Shown piece by piece: positions 1 through 8,538 of a stretch of DNA of 32,000 bases (position 1 is the stretch's first letter; every line of letters begins with the position of its first letter). Under the pieces are notes generated by a model. It was not told the DNA's origin. It ran no database searches and was given only the letters and a program-made list of their open reading frames with translations. Both the position numbers and the translations under genes were made by a program. This stretch comes from an uncultured Erysipelotrichaceae bacterium (GTDB taxonomy: Bacteria > Bacillota_I > Bacilli_A > Erysipelotrichales > Erysipelotrichaceae). The stretch lies in assembly GCA_942493105.1 (NCBI GenBank), contig OW818668.1, forward strand, positions 750,001 to 782,000, read 5' to 3'.

Positions 1-1884
1 CCTGTTAATTGGTTGGATCTTGTCTTGGTTGTGATCAATTTATTGCTCATCGTAGGACTGTCTGAACTCTTTGAATCAAATCTAGCCAAACGCAACTTTT
101 CTTTATCACAAATCATAGGTGAAGAAGCTCATCAAGCTTTTATCTTTGGGAATATTGGATTGATGACTTATGACAGTAACTTAAATGTTACTTGGGCCAA
201 TGAATTCCTACTAGAAAGATTTGAACAACTCATTGGAAAGCAAATCAGCAGTTGGATTCCTGAAACTCAACCTTTGTTTAATTCAGAATCAGATTTGATC
301 ACCGTGACTTTGGATGAATATACATATGAAGTACGAAAAAAAGAAGATGGGCAAACCCTATTCTTTAGAGATATCACGGATTACTATACTTTGCGTGAAC
401 TAAGCACCAATCAACAAATGGTCATTGGATATGTTCACTTAGACAACTATGAAGAAACTGCGTTATATTCTGATGATAAAACAACTGGTCAAATCGACAC
501 CAATATTCGTCAACGTATTATTGAATGGGCACGAGGTCACGGTATTTTGGTTCGTCGCTTAAGAACAAATAGATTAATGCTGGTCCTTAATCAACAACTC
601 TTTGAGAAACTCATCAACGATAATTTTTCAATCATGAAAATAATCCATGAAGAGGCAGCAAAATTAGATGTTGCGATTACTTTGTCGATTGGATTTGGAA
701 AAGGTTCGAATGATGTTCAGATGTTGGATGAAATGGCGCTCAATGCTTTAGAACTGGCTCAAAGCCGTGGTGGAGATCAAATCGCCATCAAAGCCTATGA
801 TCAAGAAGTAGAATATGTTGGTGGCGGATCACAAGCGCAAGAAAAGCGCAGCAAAGTAAGAGCCCGTATTATCGCTCAAACCTTGAAGGATTTGATTCAT
901 AAATCAGATAATGTCATTCTTGTCGGACATAAAGAAATGGATTTTGACTGTATGGGTTCAGCTTTAGCCATGGGTAATATTGCCCGCAGTAACGACAAAG
1001 AAGCTTATTTTGTCATCGCAGGAGGCATTGAAGCAAAATTGCAGAATGCCTTCAATGAATATAGAGATGAGTTATCTCACACCAATGTGTTTGTTGATGA
1101 AGATCAAGCTGGTCTTTTATTGAAGCCAAAGTCATTGGTGGTCATGTTGGATCATCATAATGCCAATCAATCCAGCGTTCCTTCACTCATCACAAAATCA
1201 CGCAGAGTCGTTGTCATTGACCATCATCGCAGAAATCAAGATTTTAACTTTGATCCATTAATGGTCTATACTGAGACCGCTGCTTCTTCATGCAGTGAAT
1301 TGGTCACCGAACTGATTCCATATCAGCCTAAACATTTTGATTTGACAAAAGAAGAAGCAACGATGATCCTAACAGGCATCATCATCGATACCAATCGTTT
1401 TAGGATCAGAACAGGAAGCCGTACTTTTGAAGTGGCATCATTGCTTAAACAATACGGTGCTGATCCAGTCAAAGCCAATGAGTTTTTAAAAGATGATCTT
1501 GAGATCTTTGAACAAAAAGCCAAACTCTATAACAATATTAGCGTAGATGAACATCAATTCGCGATCACATCGATCCAAAATGAACAGATCAGTCGTTCAG
1601 TCATGTCGCAAACTGCTGATATGATGTTGGCCATAAAAGGGGTAGAAGCATCCTTTGTTGTGGCAATGGATGACAACAATGATATTGCTGTCTCTGCTCG
1701 CTCAAACGGAAATGTGAATGTCCATGCTATAATGGAACAAATGAATGGCGGCGGACATTTTTCTGCAGCCGGTCTACAAAGATCAAATACCACAGTTCAA
1801 GATGTACTGGCTGAATTAAAGGAAGTACTTCAAAAAAGTGTCGCCAAGGAGGAAAGAAACAATGAAAATCATTCTACTGAGTGA
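1..1884 (+). CDS. gdpP: GdpP-type cyclic-di-AMP phosphodiesterase (TM / PAS-like / degenerate GGDEF / DHH-DHHA1); 5' end probably outside the window
   Basis: The frame is open from nt 1, and the track start at 13 is a TTG. One hydrophobic helix [14 protein letters not shown] is present. DHH motifs MLDHHNAN and VIDHHRRN and DHHA1 motif [10 protein letters not shown] are present. Its position upstream of rplI-dnaB matches gdpP(yybT) in Bacillus. Confidence 0.8.
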   Translation, partial: PVNWLDLVLVVINLLLIVGLSELFESNLAKRNFSLSQIIGEEAHQAFIFGNIGLMTYDSNLNVTWANEFLLERFEQLIGKQISSWIPETQPLFNSESDLITVTLDEYTYEVRKKEDGQTLFFRDITDYYTLRELSTNQQMVIGYVHLDNYEETALYSDDKTTGQIDTNIRQRIIEWARGHGILVRRLRTNRLMLVLNQQLFEKLINDNFSIMKIIHEEAAKLDVAITLSIGFGKGSNDVQMLDEMALNALELAQSRGGDQIAIKAYDQEVEYVGGGSQAQEKRSKVRARIIAQTLKDLIHKSDNVILVGHKEMDFDCMGSALAMGNIARSNDKEAYFVIAGGIEAKLQNAFNEYRDELSHTNVFVDEDQAGLLLKPKSLVVMLDHHNANQSSVPSLITKSRRVVVIDHHRRNQDFNFDPLMVYTETAASSCSELVTELIPYQPKHFDLTKEEATMILTGIIIDTNRFRIRTGSRTFEVASLLKQYGADPVKANEFLKDDLEIFEQKAKLYNNISVDEHQFAITSIQNEQISRSVMSQTADMMLAIKGVEASFVVAMDDNNDIAVSARSNGNVNVHAIMEQMNGGGHFSAAGLQRSNTTVQDVLAELKEVLQKSVAKEERNNENHSTE

Positions 1885-2308
1885 TGTTAAAAATGTAGGA
1901 AAAAAAGGGCAGATCTGTGAAGTTGCGGATGGTTATGCTCGTAATTATCTGATCAAGAATAGGTTGGCAGTTCCTGCATCTTCACAAGCAGAAGCCATCT
2001 TAGAAGGTCAGAAACAAAAGAAAATCGATGATGAAGTTAAGGCTATCGAAGATGCACAGATCCTAAAAGAAAAATTATCCCATGTCACCGTGGTTTTATC
2101 GCTTAAGACTGGAGATAAAGGTCGTGTTTTTGGATCGATCGCAACCAAACAAGTAGCTGAAGAACTACAGAAACAACATAAACTCGTCATCGATAAACGA
2201 AAGATACTAGAAAGTGATCCCATCAATGCGGTAGGCATGTATGTGCTTAAGGTAGAATTACATAAAAGTGTTATCGCTGAACTCAAGGTTCAAGTCAAAG
2301 GAGTATAG
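1862..2308 (+). CDS. rplI: 50S ribosomal protein L9
   Basis: The canonical L9 N-terminus [17 protein letters not shown] starts at ATG 1862, preceded by AAGGAGG. The track start at 1838 lacks an RBS. The gene overlaps the gdpP 3' end by 23 nt. Confidence 0.92.
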   Translation: MKIILLSDVKNVGKKGQICEVADGYARNYLIKNRLAVPASSQAEAILEGQKQKKIDDEVKAIEDAQILKEKLSHVTVVLSLKTGDKGRVFGSIATKQVAEELQKQHKLVIDKRKILESDPINAVGMYVLKVELHKSVIAELKVQVKGV

Positions 2309-2310
2309 CC

Positions 2311-3669
2311 ATGACCATAAAACGTCAGCTGCCCAGCAGTTTAGAAGCCGAACAGGCTTTACTGTCCAGTATGATGGTGTATCCTTCTGCCGTGAGTACT
2401 GTTATAGAACTAGGTCTTCGGGCTGAGGATTTTTATGCGGATGCACATAGACGTTTATTTCAGATCATGATGTCTATGCAGGATGAAGGTAAGCCAATTG
2501 ATTCGGTGAGTTTGATTTCTCGATGCAATGACCTTAAGGTGCTCAGTGCTGTGGGTGGCGTCAATATGATCATGGAATTGGCGGATACTTCAGTATCCGG
2601 TGCCAATACAAAATACTATGTTGAACTGATTCAAAACAAGGCTTATTTAAGAAACTTAATTGCGGCTTCTCAGTTGATAACCGAAGATGGTTTTAACTCT
2701 GAATCTGACATAGATGAAGTCATGGATCGAGCAGAAAAACAGATCTTGAATGTCACGAGAACCCGTCGTACCAGCGAATTTAGAGATGCTAAAGAAGTGG
2801 TTACCCATGTCTTGGAGAATATCCAAAAGATGAGTGAACAGCACTCCAACATAACCGGAATAGCTTCTGGTTATCGTAGATTAGATCGCATTACCAATGG
2901 TTTCCAAAGAGGAGACTTGATTCTTTTGGCAGCCCGTCCTTCTATGGGTAAAACAGCTTTTGCCTTAAATGTTGCCTTAAATGCATCACAAATCAGTGAT
3001 AAAGCAGTAGCTCTGTTTTCCTTGGAAATGCCAGCAGAACAGTTGATCACACGTATGCTTTCGGTTAAATCAAGAATCAACGGAACTGAGTTAAGAACAG
3101 GTCAATTTAAATCCAATCAACAATGGAATGCGCTTAATGAAGCAGCGGCTGATCTAAAAACAACTAAGATCTATATCGATGACTCTCCTTCGATCAGAGT
3201 CGCTGAAATCTTTTCAAAGTGTCGTAAACTTCAAAGTGAACATCCTTTAGGACTGATCGTTATCGATTATATCCAGCTGATCAGCGGAAGCGGTAAGTCT
3301 TCTTCTGAAAATCGTCAGCAAGAAGTTTCTGAGATTTCACGTGCTTTGAAAGCCTTGGCACGTGAACTAGAAGTCCCTGTTTTGGCTTTATCACAATTGT
3401 CCCGTATGGTTGAACAAAGGGCTGGTAATAAACCTCAGTTAAGTGATTTAAGAGAATCTGGATCTTTGGAACAAGATGCGGATATCGTTTTATTCCTATA
3501 TCGTGAATCTTACTATAAACGTGAAGAAGAAGAAAAAGCCACCGAAGTCACAGAAGTTTTGATTTCAAAACACCGTAATGGAGCAACAGGCAGCATCAAT
3601 CTTGCGTTTGAACGCAACATCAATGCCTTCTACAATATTTCTGAATCTGCTCAAGGTCAAGGTGAATAA
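2311..3669 (+). CDS. dnaB: Replicative DNA helicase (DnaB family; DnaC in Bacillus nomenclature)
   Basis: 452 aa. N-terminal PSSLEAEQALLSSMM, Walker A ARPSMGKTAFALN, Walker B LIVIDYIQLI, SQLSR and RESGSLEQDAD motifs. RBS AAGGAG precedes the ATG. Confidence 0.95.
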   Translation: MTIKRQLPSSLEAEQALLSSMMVYPSAVSTVIELGLRAEDFYADAHRRLFQIMMSMQDEGKPIDSVSLISRCNDLKVLSAVGGVNMIMELADTSVSGANTKYYVELIQNKAYLRNLIAASQLITEDGFNSESDIDEVMDRAEKQILNVTRTRRTSEFRDAKEVVTHVLENIQKMSEQHSNITGIASGYRRLDRITNGFQRGDLILLAARPSMGKTAFALNVALNASQISDKAVALFSLEMPAEQLITRMLSVKSRINGTELRTGQFKSNQQWNALNEAAADLKTTKIYIDDSPSIRVAEIFSKCRKLQSEHPLGLIVIDYIQLISGSGKSSSENRQQEVSEISRALKALARELEVPVLALSQLSRMVEQRAGNKPQLSDLRESGSLEQDADIVLFLYRESYYKREEEEKATEVTEVLISKHRNGATGSINLAFERNINAFYNISESAQGQGE

Positions 3670-5172
3670 ATGAAAAAAATCATTACGATTTCCTTTGCGA
3701 TCATTATGAGTTTCTTGTTGATGTTTGCAACTGAAACATTTGGATCAGCCAGTGGACGCATCACCTCCATCAACATAAAAGAATCTAGTCTTTTAAATCA
3801 ACCTGTATTGGCCGTCAGTGTAGCACCTCATCAGGTCAAAAAAGTTTATCACAAAGATGTCTTGATTGGTGTTTTAAGTAGCTCAGAAGCTTTAGAAGCC
3901 TTCCTTAAAGAGGTATACATCGAGCGATATCAAGCGGACTTTCCCAATACTGAACTAGGTCTAGGTAAAGATATTTTTATTACCACTGAAACCAGTTATA
4001 TGTCTTATGATAATGTCGATGAACAGATATTTGATTATCTTAAACAAAACGATTTATTCTCTGTTTTGGTGTATAAAATTAAGTTCTCCAATGGAGCCAT
4101 CATATATGTTAAAGACACAAAGATGTTTGAAGAAGCAAAAGAACAATACTTGCTTAATTTCGTCTCAAGAAGTGCTTATGAGTTACTCAAGAAGAAACAA
4201 TTACCAGCAGATCTTACGACCTATGGTACCCGAGAAATTGGCATCACAGTTTTAGAAACAGCTGAGACATCCGTGGCCTTAGCATCTATTTCTGAGATTC
4301 TAAAGACAAAGTCAGAGATCATCTATTTCCTAAGTTATGGCTACAATGATGTCTTAAAGACCTATACGGTCAAAACCTATGACACCATTGAATATATCGC
4401 GTATCAAACTGGAATGTCAGCCCAACAATTGGTCAGCATCAACAGTGACAAACTACAATCAGAAAATCAGATCCTAGTTCCAGGAACTATCTTGAATGTC
4501 AGTTATTTTGATTCGCCTTTAAGTGTTGTGGTTACCAAAGAGCGTTTTGCGAAAGAAATCGTATATCCTGCAGTTACTCAATATGTCAAAGACGATTCTA
4601 TTCGTGAAGGAATGTCAGTCATCAGAACACGTGAAAAACCTGGTTCAAAAAACGTCAAATACATTGAAAAATATGTCAATGGGATCTTGGTAGAAAGCAC
4701 AGTCAGCTCTTCAATCATAACCAAACAGCCCATCCGTGAAGTTGTTTTAGTGGGGACAAAAATCATACCTCACATTGGTTCAGGGACCTTACGTTGGCCG
4801 ATCGGATATCCTAGGGTCCTTACCTGTAGTTTCCATTGTTATTATCGATTTGGAACCTGGCATACTGGTTTAGATATGAAGTATACCACCATCAAAGATG
4901 GACCTATTTATGCAGCTGATCGTGGTCGCGTCGAAGATGTAGGATACAATTCAGTATCTGGATATTATGTTAAAATCAACCACAATAATGGAATGATGAC
5001 CTATTATGCACATATGAAATATAGAAGTTGGGTCGTTGAAGGCATCGTTGTCAACAAGGGGGAAGTCATTGGAACTGTAGGAAATACCGGTTACGTTACA
5101 GGTACTCATCTTCACTTTGGGGTCATCGTCAACGGCGTTTATGTCAACCCATGTAAATATCTGTACTGCTGA
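3670..5172 (+). CDS. Secreted/membrane-anchored M23 metallopeptidase with LysM-like and G5-like domains
   Basis: N-terminal hydrophobic signal/anchor MKKIITISFAIIMSFLLMFA. LysM-like YTVKTYDTIEYIAYQTGMSAQQLVSINSD. G5-like block VIRTREKPGSKNVKYIEKYVNGILV...VLVGTK. M23 catalytic motifs HTGLDM and GTHLHFGV. Confidence 0.8.
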   Translation: MKKIITISFAIIMSFLLMFATETFGSASGRITSINIKESSLLNQPVLAVSVAPHQVKKVYHKDVLIGVLSSSEALEAFLKEVYIERYQADFPNTELGLGKDIFITTETSYMSYDNVDEQIFDYLKQNDLFSVLVYKIKFSNGAIIYVKDTKMFEEAKEQYLLNFVSRSAYELLKKKQLPADLTTYGTREIGITVLETAETSVALASISEILKTKSEIIYFLSYGYNDVLKTYTVKTYDTIEYIAYQTGMSAQQLVSINSDKLQSENQILVPGTILNVSYFDSPLSVVVTKERFAKEIVYPAVTQYVKDDSIREGMSVIRTREKPGSKNVKYIEKYVNGILVESTVSSSIITKQPIREVVLVGTKIIPHIGSGTLRWPIGYPRVLTCSFHCYYRFGTWHTGLDMKYTTIKDGPIYAADRGRVEDVGYNSVSGYYVKINHNNGMMTYYAHMKYRSWVVEGIVVNKGEVIGTVGNTGYVTGTHLHFGVIVNGVYVNPCKYLYC

Positions 5173-5921
5173 TGAAATTTACAGTTTTATGCAGTGGATC
5201 AAAAGGCAACAGTACTTTGGTTGAAACAGAACAGATTAAAATTCTACTAGATTGTGGTCATTCAAAAAAGTATCTGACACATTCTTTACACAATTGTGGT
5301 GTAAAATTTCATCAGATCGATGCGGTGATCATTACCCATAACCATATCGATCACGTAAGCCAGCTGAAACTTTTCAAGAGTCAGCCGGTTTATGCACCGT
5401 GTTGTTTGAAAGGTAGAGAAGATACAATCATTCTAGAACCTTATAAATGGTTTAGCTTAGGTGATTTAATAATCTTATCGATTCCTTTGTCTCATGATGC
5501 AGAAGAAACCTTTGGCTATGTGATCAAACACAACGAGGAATCTTTGGTTTATATTACAGACACAGGTTATTTAAAAGAAACTGACTTTGAATACTTAAGC
5601 AATGCGGATCATTATATCTTTGAAAGCAATCACGATGTAGAACTCTTGATGAAAACCTTAAGGCCGTATCCTGTTAAATCTAGGATCTTATCTGACAATG
5701 GCCATCTCAGTAATGAAGACAGTGCGTCTTATCTGGCTCAACTTGTCGGTCCCAATACTAAGACCATCTTGTTGGCACATCTATCCGCTGAAGCCAACAC
5801 TGAAAGACATGCTTTACAAGCTTTAGTAGAAATATTTGAAAATCAACACGTCATCATCAATCCAAATCTCATCTTGGATTGTGCTAAACAAAACGAACCT
5901 GTTACAGGAGGAAGCATATGA
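5172..5921 (+). CDS. MBL-fold metallo-hydrolase, YycJ/WalJ-like
   Basis: HxHxDH motif THNHIDHV in a 249-aa protein. Its position directly upstream of an HtrA-type protease and rlmH matches walJ in Bacilli. 1-nt overlap (TGATG) with the upstream gene. Confidence 0.75.
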   Translation: MKFTVLCSGSKGNSTLVETEQIKILLDCGHSKKYLTHSLHNCGVKFHQIDAVIITHNHIDHVSQLKLFKSQPVYAPCCLKGREDTIILEPYKWFSLGDLIILSIPLSHDAEETFGYVIKHNEESLVYITDTGYLKETDFEYLSNADHYIFESNHDVELLMKTLRPYPVKSRILSDNGHLSNEDSASYLAQLVGPNTKTILLAHLSAEANTERHALQALVEIFENQHVIINPNLILDCAKQNEPVTGGSI

Positions 5922-7003
5922 AAAAATACGCATCACTGATCATTGCTGGACTATTGGTCTGGAACTCGGTACTGACTTTTGAGTACCTAGGCATCAAAAA
6001 TCTGTTGGATTCACTTGAAATCACGGGAGAGATCAAAACCATCCGCGAAGTTGTTTATGAGTTCAACACAAATGTAACCAGAGTCGTCAGCGAAAACATC
6101 AGTAAAGTAGTTGGGGTCTCAAATTACTATCAAAACAGAGTAAATAGCACAGGCAGTGGTGCCATCTATTTAGCCCAAGAAGGAAAAGTATTCATCATCA
6201 CCAACAATCACGTGATCGATGGGGCTACTAAAGTAACGGTAACCTTTGCGAATGGCGAAGAATTGGAAGCCGAAGTGGTTGGTTCTGATCAATTCACGGA
6301 TTTGGCCCTTTTAAAAGTTACTGTCGACTTTTCAGTCGTAACTTTTGATTTAGGAGATTCTTCGTTGGTCAAAACCGGAGAAACTGTATTGGCTATTGGA
6401 AGTCCTTTAGGCTTTGAATTCTCGGGTTCTGTAACCATGGGGATCATTTCTGGAACCGATCGTGTCGTTCCTGTAGATTTAGATAATGATGGGGTCGATG
6501 ATTGGGACAGTATCGTCCTACAAACCGATGCAGCCATCAATCCTGGAAATTCAGGCGGACCACTCATCAATATGGCTGGTCAGTTGATTGGGATCACTTC
6601 TATGAAAATTGCAGACAGTAGTGTTGAAGGTATGGGGTTTGCGATCCCCATCAACGAAATCATACCCATCATTGAACAGTTAATGGCCAATGGGCAAGTT
6701 GTTCGACCTGTACTTGGGGTATCTGCAGTTTCGCTTGAACAAATGACTGCAGCTCAAAAGAGCTTCTATGGGATACAGCTGGACCTCGATGATGGAATCA
6801 TGATCGTTAAAGTTCAATCTGGTTCACCGGCTGCTAAAGCAGGTCTTAAAGCTAAAGATGTGATTACTCATTTTGATGGGACTGCTGTTATATCCTTTAA
6901 ACAGTTTAGAAAATTATTGTATGAAAAAGCCATTGGGGATGAAGTTGAGATTACGTATGTCAGAGGTTCTAAGACGTATACCACCAGTGCTAAACTCGAA
7001 TGA
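5918..7003 (+). CDS. htrA: HtrA/DegP-family serine protease with C-terminal PDZ domain
   Basis: N-terminal anchor helix. Catalytic triad contexts TNNHVIDGA, FTDLALLKV and GNSGGPLIN. PDZ-like GIMIVKVQSGSPAAKAGLKAKDVI. ATGA overlap with the upstream gene. Confidence 0.88.
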   Translation: MKKYASLIIAGLLVWNSVLTFEYLGIKNLLDSLEITGEIKTIREVVYEFNTNVTRVVSENISKVVGVSNYYQNRVNSTGSGAIYLAQEGKVFIITNNHVIDGATKVTVTFANGEELEAEVVGSDQFTDLALLKVTVDFSVVTFDLGDSSLVKTGETVLAIGSPLGFEFSGSVTMGIISGTDRVVPVDLDNDGVDDWDSIVLQTDAAINPGNSGGPLINMAGQLIGITSMKIADSSVEGMGFAIPINEIIPIIEQLMANGQVVRPVLGVSAVSLEQMTAAQKSFYGIQLDLDDGIMIVKVQSGSPAAKAGLKAKDVITHFDGTAVISFKQFRKLLYEKAIGDEVEITYVRGSKTYTTSAKLE

Positions 7004-7470
7004 TCAAACTGATTTGTGTCGGTAAACTAAAGGAAAAGTCTTTACTCAGCATCAGCGAGGATTATATTCAACGCATATTACCTTATCATAAACTTATTGA
7101 ACAAGAACTTCTAGATGAGCCAAACTTTGAGCGTGATTCACTAAATCAAAAAGCCATTGATAAAGAATCCAAAGCCATCTTATCACTCATACAAGCAGAC
7201 GATTACGTGGTGCTGTTGGATCTTAAAGGCCAAGCGATGAGTTCAGAGCACATAGCTCAAACCATACAGAATGCATTTAATCGGTCTCTCAAACAAATCG
7301 TATTCGTTATAGGAGGATCTCTAGGAGTCAATGATGAACTTAGACAAAGATCCAATCTTATGTGGAAATTATCTGAGAATACTTTCCCACATGGTTTGGT
7401 TAGGATCCTTGTTTTGGAACAGATTTACAGAAGCTTTAAAATCTTAAACAATCAAACGTATCATAAATGA
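7000..7470 (+). CDS. rlmH: 23S rRNA (pseudouridine1915-N3)-methyltransferase RlmH (SPOUT)
   Basis: 156 aa, starting MIKLICVGKLKEK, with the FVIGGSLG motif. ATGA overlap with htrA. The htrA-rlmH synteny is conserved in Bacillota. Confidence 0.88.
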   Translation: MIKLICVGKLKEKSLLSISEDYIQRILPYHKLIEQELLDEPNFERDSLNQKAIDKESKAILSLIQADDYVVLLDLKGQAMSSEHIAQTIQNAFNRSLKQIVFVIGGSLGVNDELRQRSNLMWKLSENTFPHGLVRILVLEQIYRSFKILNNQTYHK

Positions 7471-7490
7471 CGCAAAGCGTCATTTTTATT
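7468..7490 (+). terminator. Putative Rho-independent terminator of the gdpP-rlmH operon
   Basis: TGACGC-AAA-GCGTCA hairpin (7468-7482) overlapping the rlmH stop codon, followed by TTTTTATTTT. The stem is short (6 bp) with a 3-nt loop. Confidence 0.5.
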
Positions 7491-7503
7491 TTATAATAGG
7501 GCT

Positions 7504-8154
7504 ATGATACGCGAAATAGCCCCTCATGTGTATGAAAGAAGGGTATATCCCGAAGGTGTAAATTGGTTTCTCAATACTTTTTTGATTCGTTTAGATCAAG
7601 CCAATGTTTTTATTGACAGTGGTTTAGGAACACAAGCCATAGTAGATTTTGAGAATTTCCGTGATCCAAAAAAACCAAATATCCTGATCTATACGCATCA
7701 TCATTTCGATCATGTGTGGGGAACAAAAGCACTAGATTTCGCAAAGATCATTGCCTGTGAACCCTTTAATCGCTTACTTCAAGAAGATTATGATTTATCT
7801 TATGCCTACTTCAAAGAGTTGAAAGAAGGCGATGTAGGCTGTGTATTTGCGGATACCTTGATTGAATATCGGACTCAGATTGGTCCATTGACTTGTTATC
7901 CAGCACCTGGACATACTCAAGATGGTCTTATGATTCATTATCCAAGTTTAGATCTGCTATTTATGGCAGATAATCTTCCTGATCAAGGCAAAGGATTGAT
8001 TCCTGAACTGCAAGATCATGAGGCTTATGTTAAAACCATACAATTGGCAATTAGCTTACATGCGAAAACAAACCTCGGTTCTCATCATGAGCCTATGAAT
8101 GAAAGTCAGCTTGAATCCATACTGAAATCGCTTACATCTAAGTTGAATGTTTAA
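7504..8154 (+). CDS. MBL-fold metallo-hydrolase (glyoxalase-II-like), function unknown
   Basis: HxHxDH motif THHHFDHVWG, a later PAPGHTQDG histidine and a C-terminal GSHHEP. 216 aa. Confidence 0.65.
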   Translation: MIREIAPHVYERRVYPEGVNWFLNTFLIRLDQANVFIDSGLGTQAIVDFENFRDPKKPNILIYTHHHFDHVWGTKALDFAKIIACEPFNRLLQEDYDLSYAYFKELKEGDVGCVFADTLIEYRTQIGPLTCYPAPGHTQDGLMIHYPSLDLLFMADNLPDQGKGLIPELQDHEAYVKTIQLAISLHAKTNLGSHHEPMNESQLESILKSLTSKLNV

Positions 8155-8163
8155 AGTTTATTG

Positions 8164-8192
8164 TTGTAAAGCTAGTGATTTTAAGATACAAT
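8164..8192 (+). promoter_or_regulatory. Sigma-A-type promoter of ptsH
   Basis: -35 TTGTAA (8164-8169), 17-nt spacer, -10 TACAAT (8187-8192). AGGAGG at 8205-8210 lies 9 nt before ATG 8220. Confidence 0.6.
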
Positions 8193-8219
8193 TAAGCCAA
8201 GAGCAGGAGGTATTATGTT

Positions 8220-8486
8220 ATGAAACAAATTACAGTGTTGGTCGTCGATCCAGTTGGATTGCATGCTCGTCCAGCCACCGTGGCCGTTAGTGCCGCGAGT
8301 CGCTTTAAATGTGACGTGAAGGTGGCCTTCAAAGGTCGTTCTGTAAATATGAAATCTATCATGGGCGTTATGTCACTCGGCATTCCGACTCAGTCCGAAG
8401 TAACGATTTCGTGCGAAGGCGATGATGAAGAAGATGCTATCAGAACCATCGAAGATGTACTCAGAACCCAAAAGGTCATTAAGTAA
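8220..8486 (+). CDS. ptsH: Phosphocarrier protein HPr
   Basis: 88 aa. GLHARPA places His at residue 15 and NMKSIMGVMSLG places Ser at residue 46, the canonical Gram-positive HPr numbering. Confidence 0.93.
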   Translation: MKQITVLVVDPVGLHARPATVAVSAASRFKCDVKVAFKGRSVNMKSIMGVMSLGIPTQSEVTISCEGDDEEDAIRTIEDVLRTQKVIK

Positions 8487-8501
8487 AACACAAGCGTAAA
8501 C

Positions 8502-8526
8502 AGAAGATGATCTCATCTTCTTTTTA
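8502..8526 (+). terminator. Weak Rho-independent terminator after ptsH
   Basis: AGAAGATG-ATCT-CATCTTCT (8-bp stem with only 3 G:C pairs) followed by TTTTTA. It ends 12 nt before the pgm start codon. Confidence 0.6.
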
Positions 8527-8538
8527 TATGAGGACGAT

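Noticed and set aside
1323-1793. Antisense ORFs of 66 and 79 aa (1323-1523 and 1554-1793, minus strand) inside gdpP
   Set aside because: They are embedded opposite a well-supported conserved gene, have no RBS and show low-complexity translations. The same reasoning applies to 2008-2286, 2656-3080, 4578-4766, 6289-6570, 13966-14446, 15116-15334, 18299-18517, 19220-19916, 20931-21122, 25321-25545, 27893-28096 and 29223-29546 on the minus strand. It also applies to the off-frame plus-strand ORFs at 4007-4255, 8687-8890, 10345-10584, 12756-12995, 25948-26157 and 26660-26926.
1838-1861. Longer rplI start (MSPRRKET...) given by the ORF track
   Set aside because: The canonical L9 N-terminus MKIILL begins at 1862 with AAGGAGG upstream. 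The extension has no RBS and is not L9-like.
8487-8538. Possible PRD-antiterminator (RAT) element overlapping the ptsH terminator
   Set aside because: I could not find RAT-like sequence or an alternative antiterminator pairing, so it looks like a simple weak hairpin.
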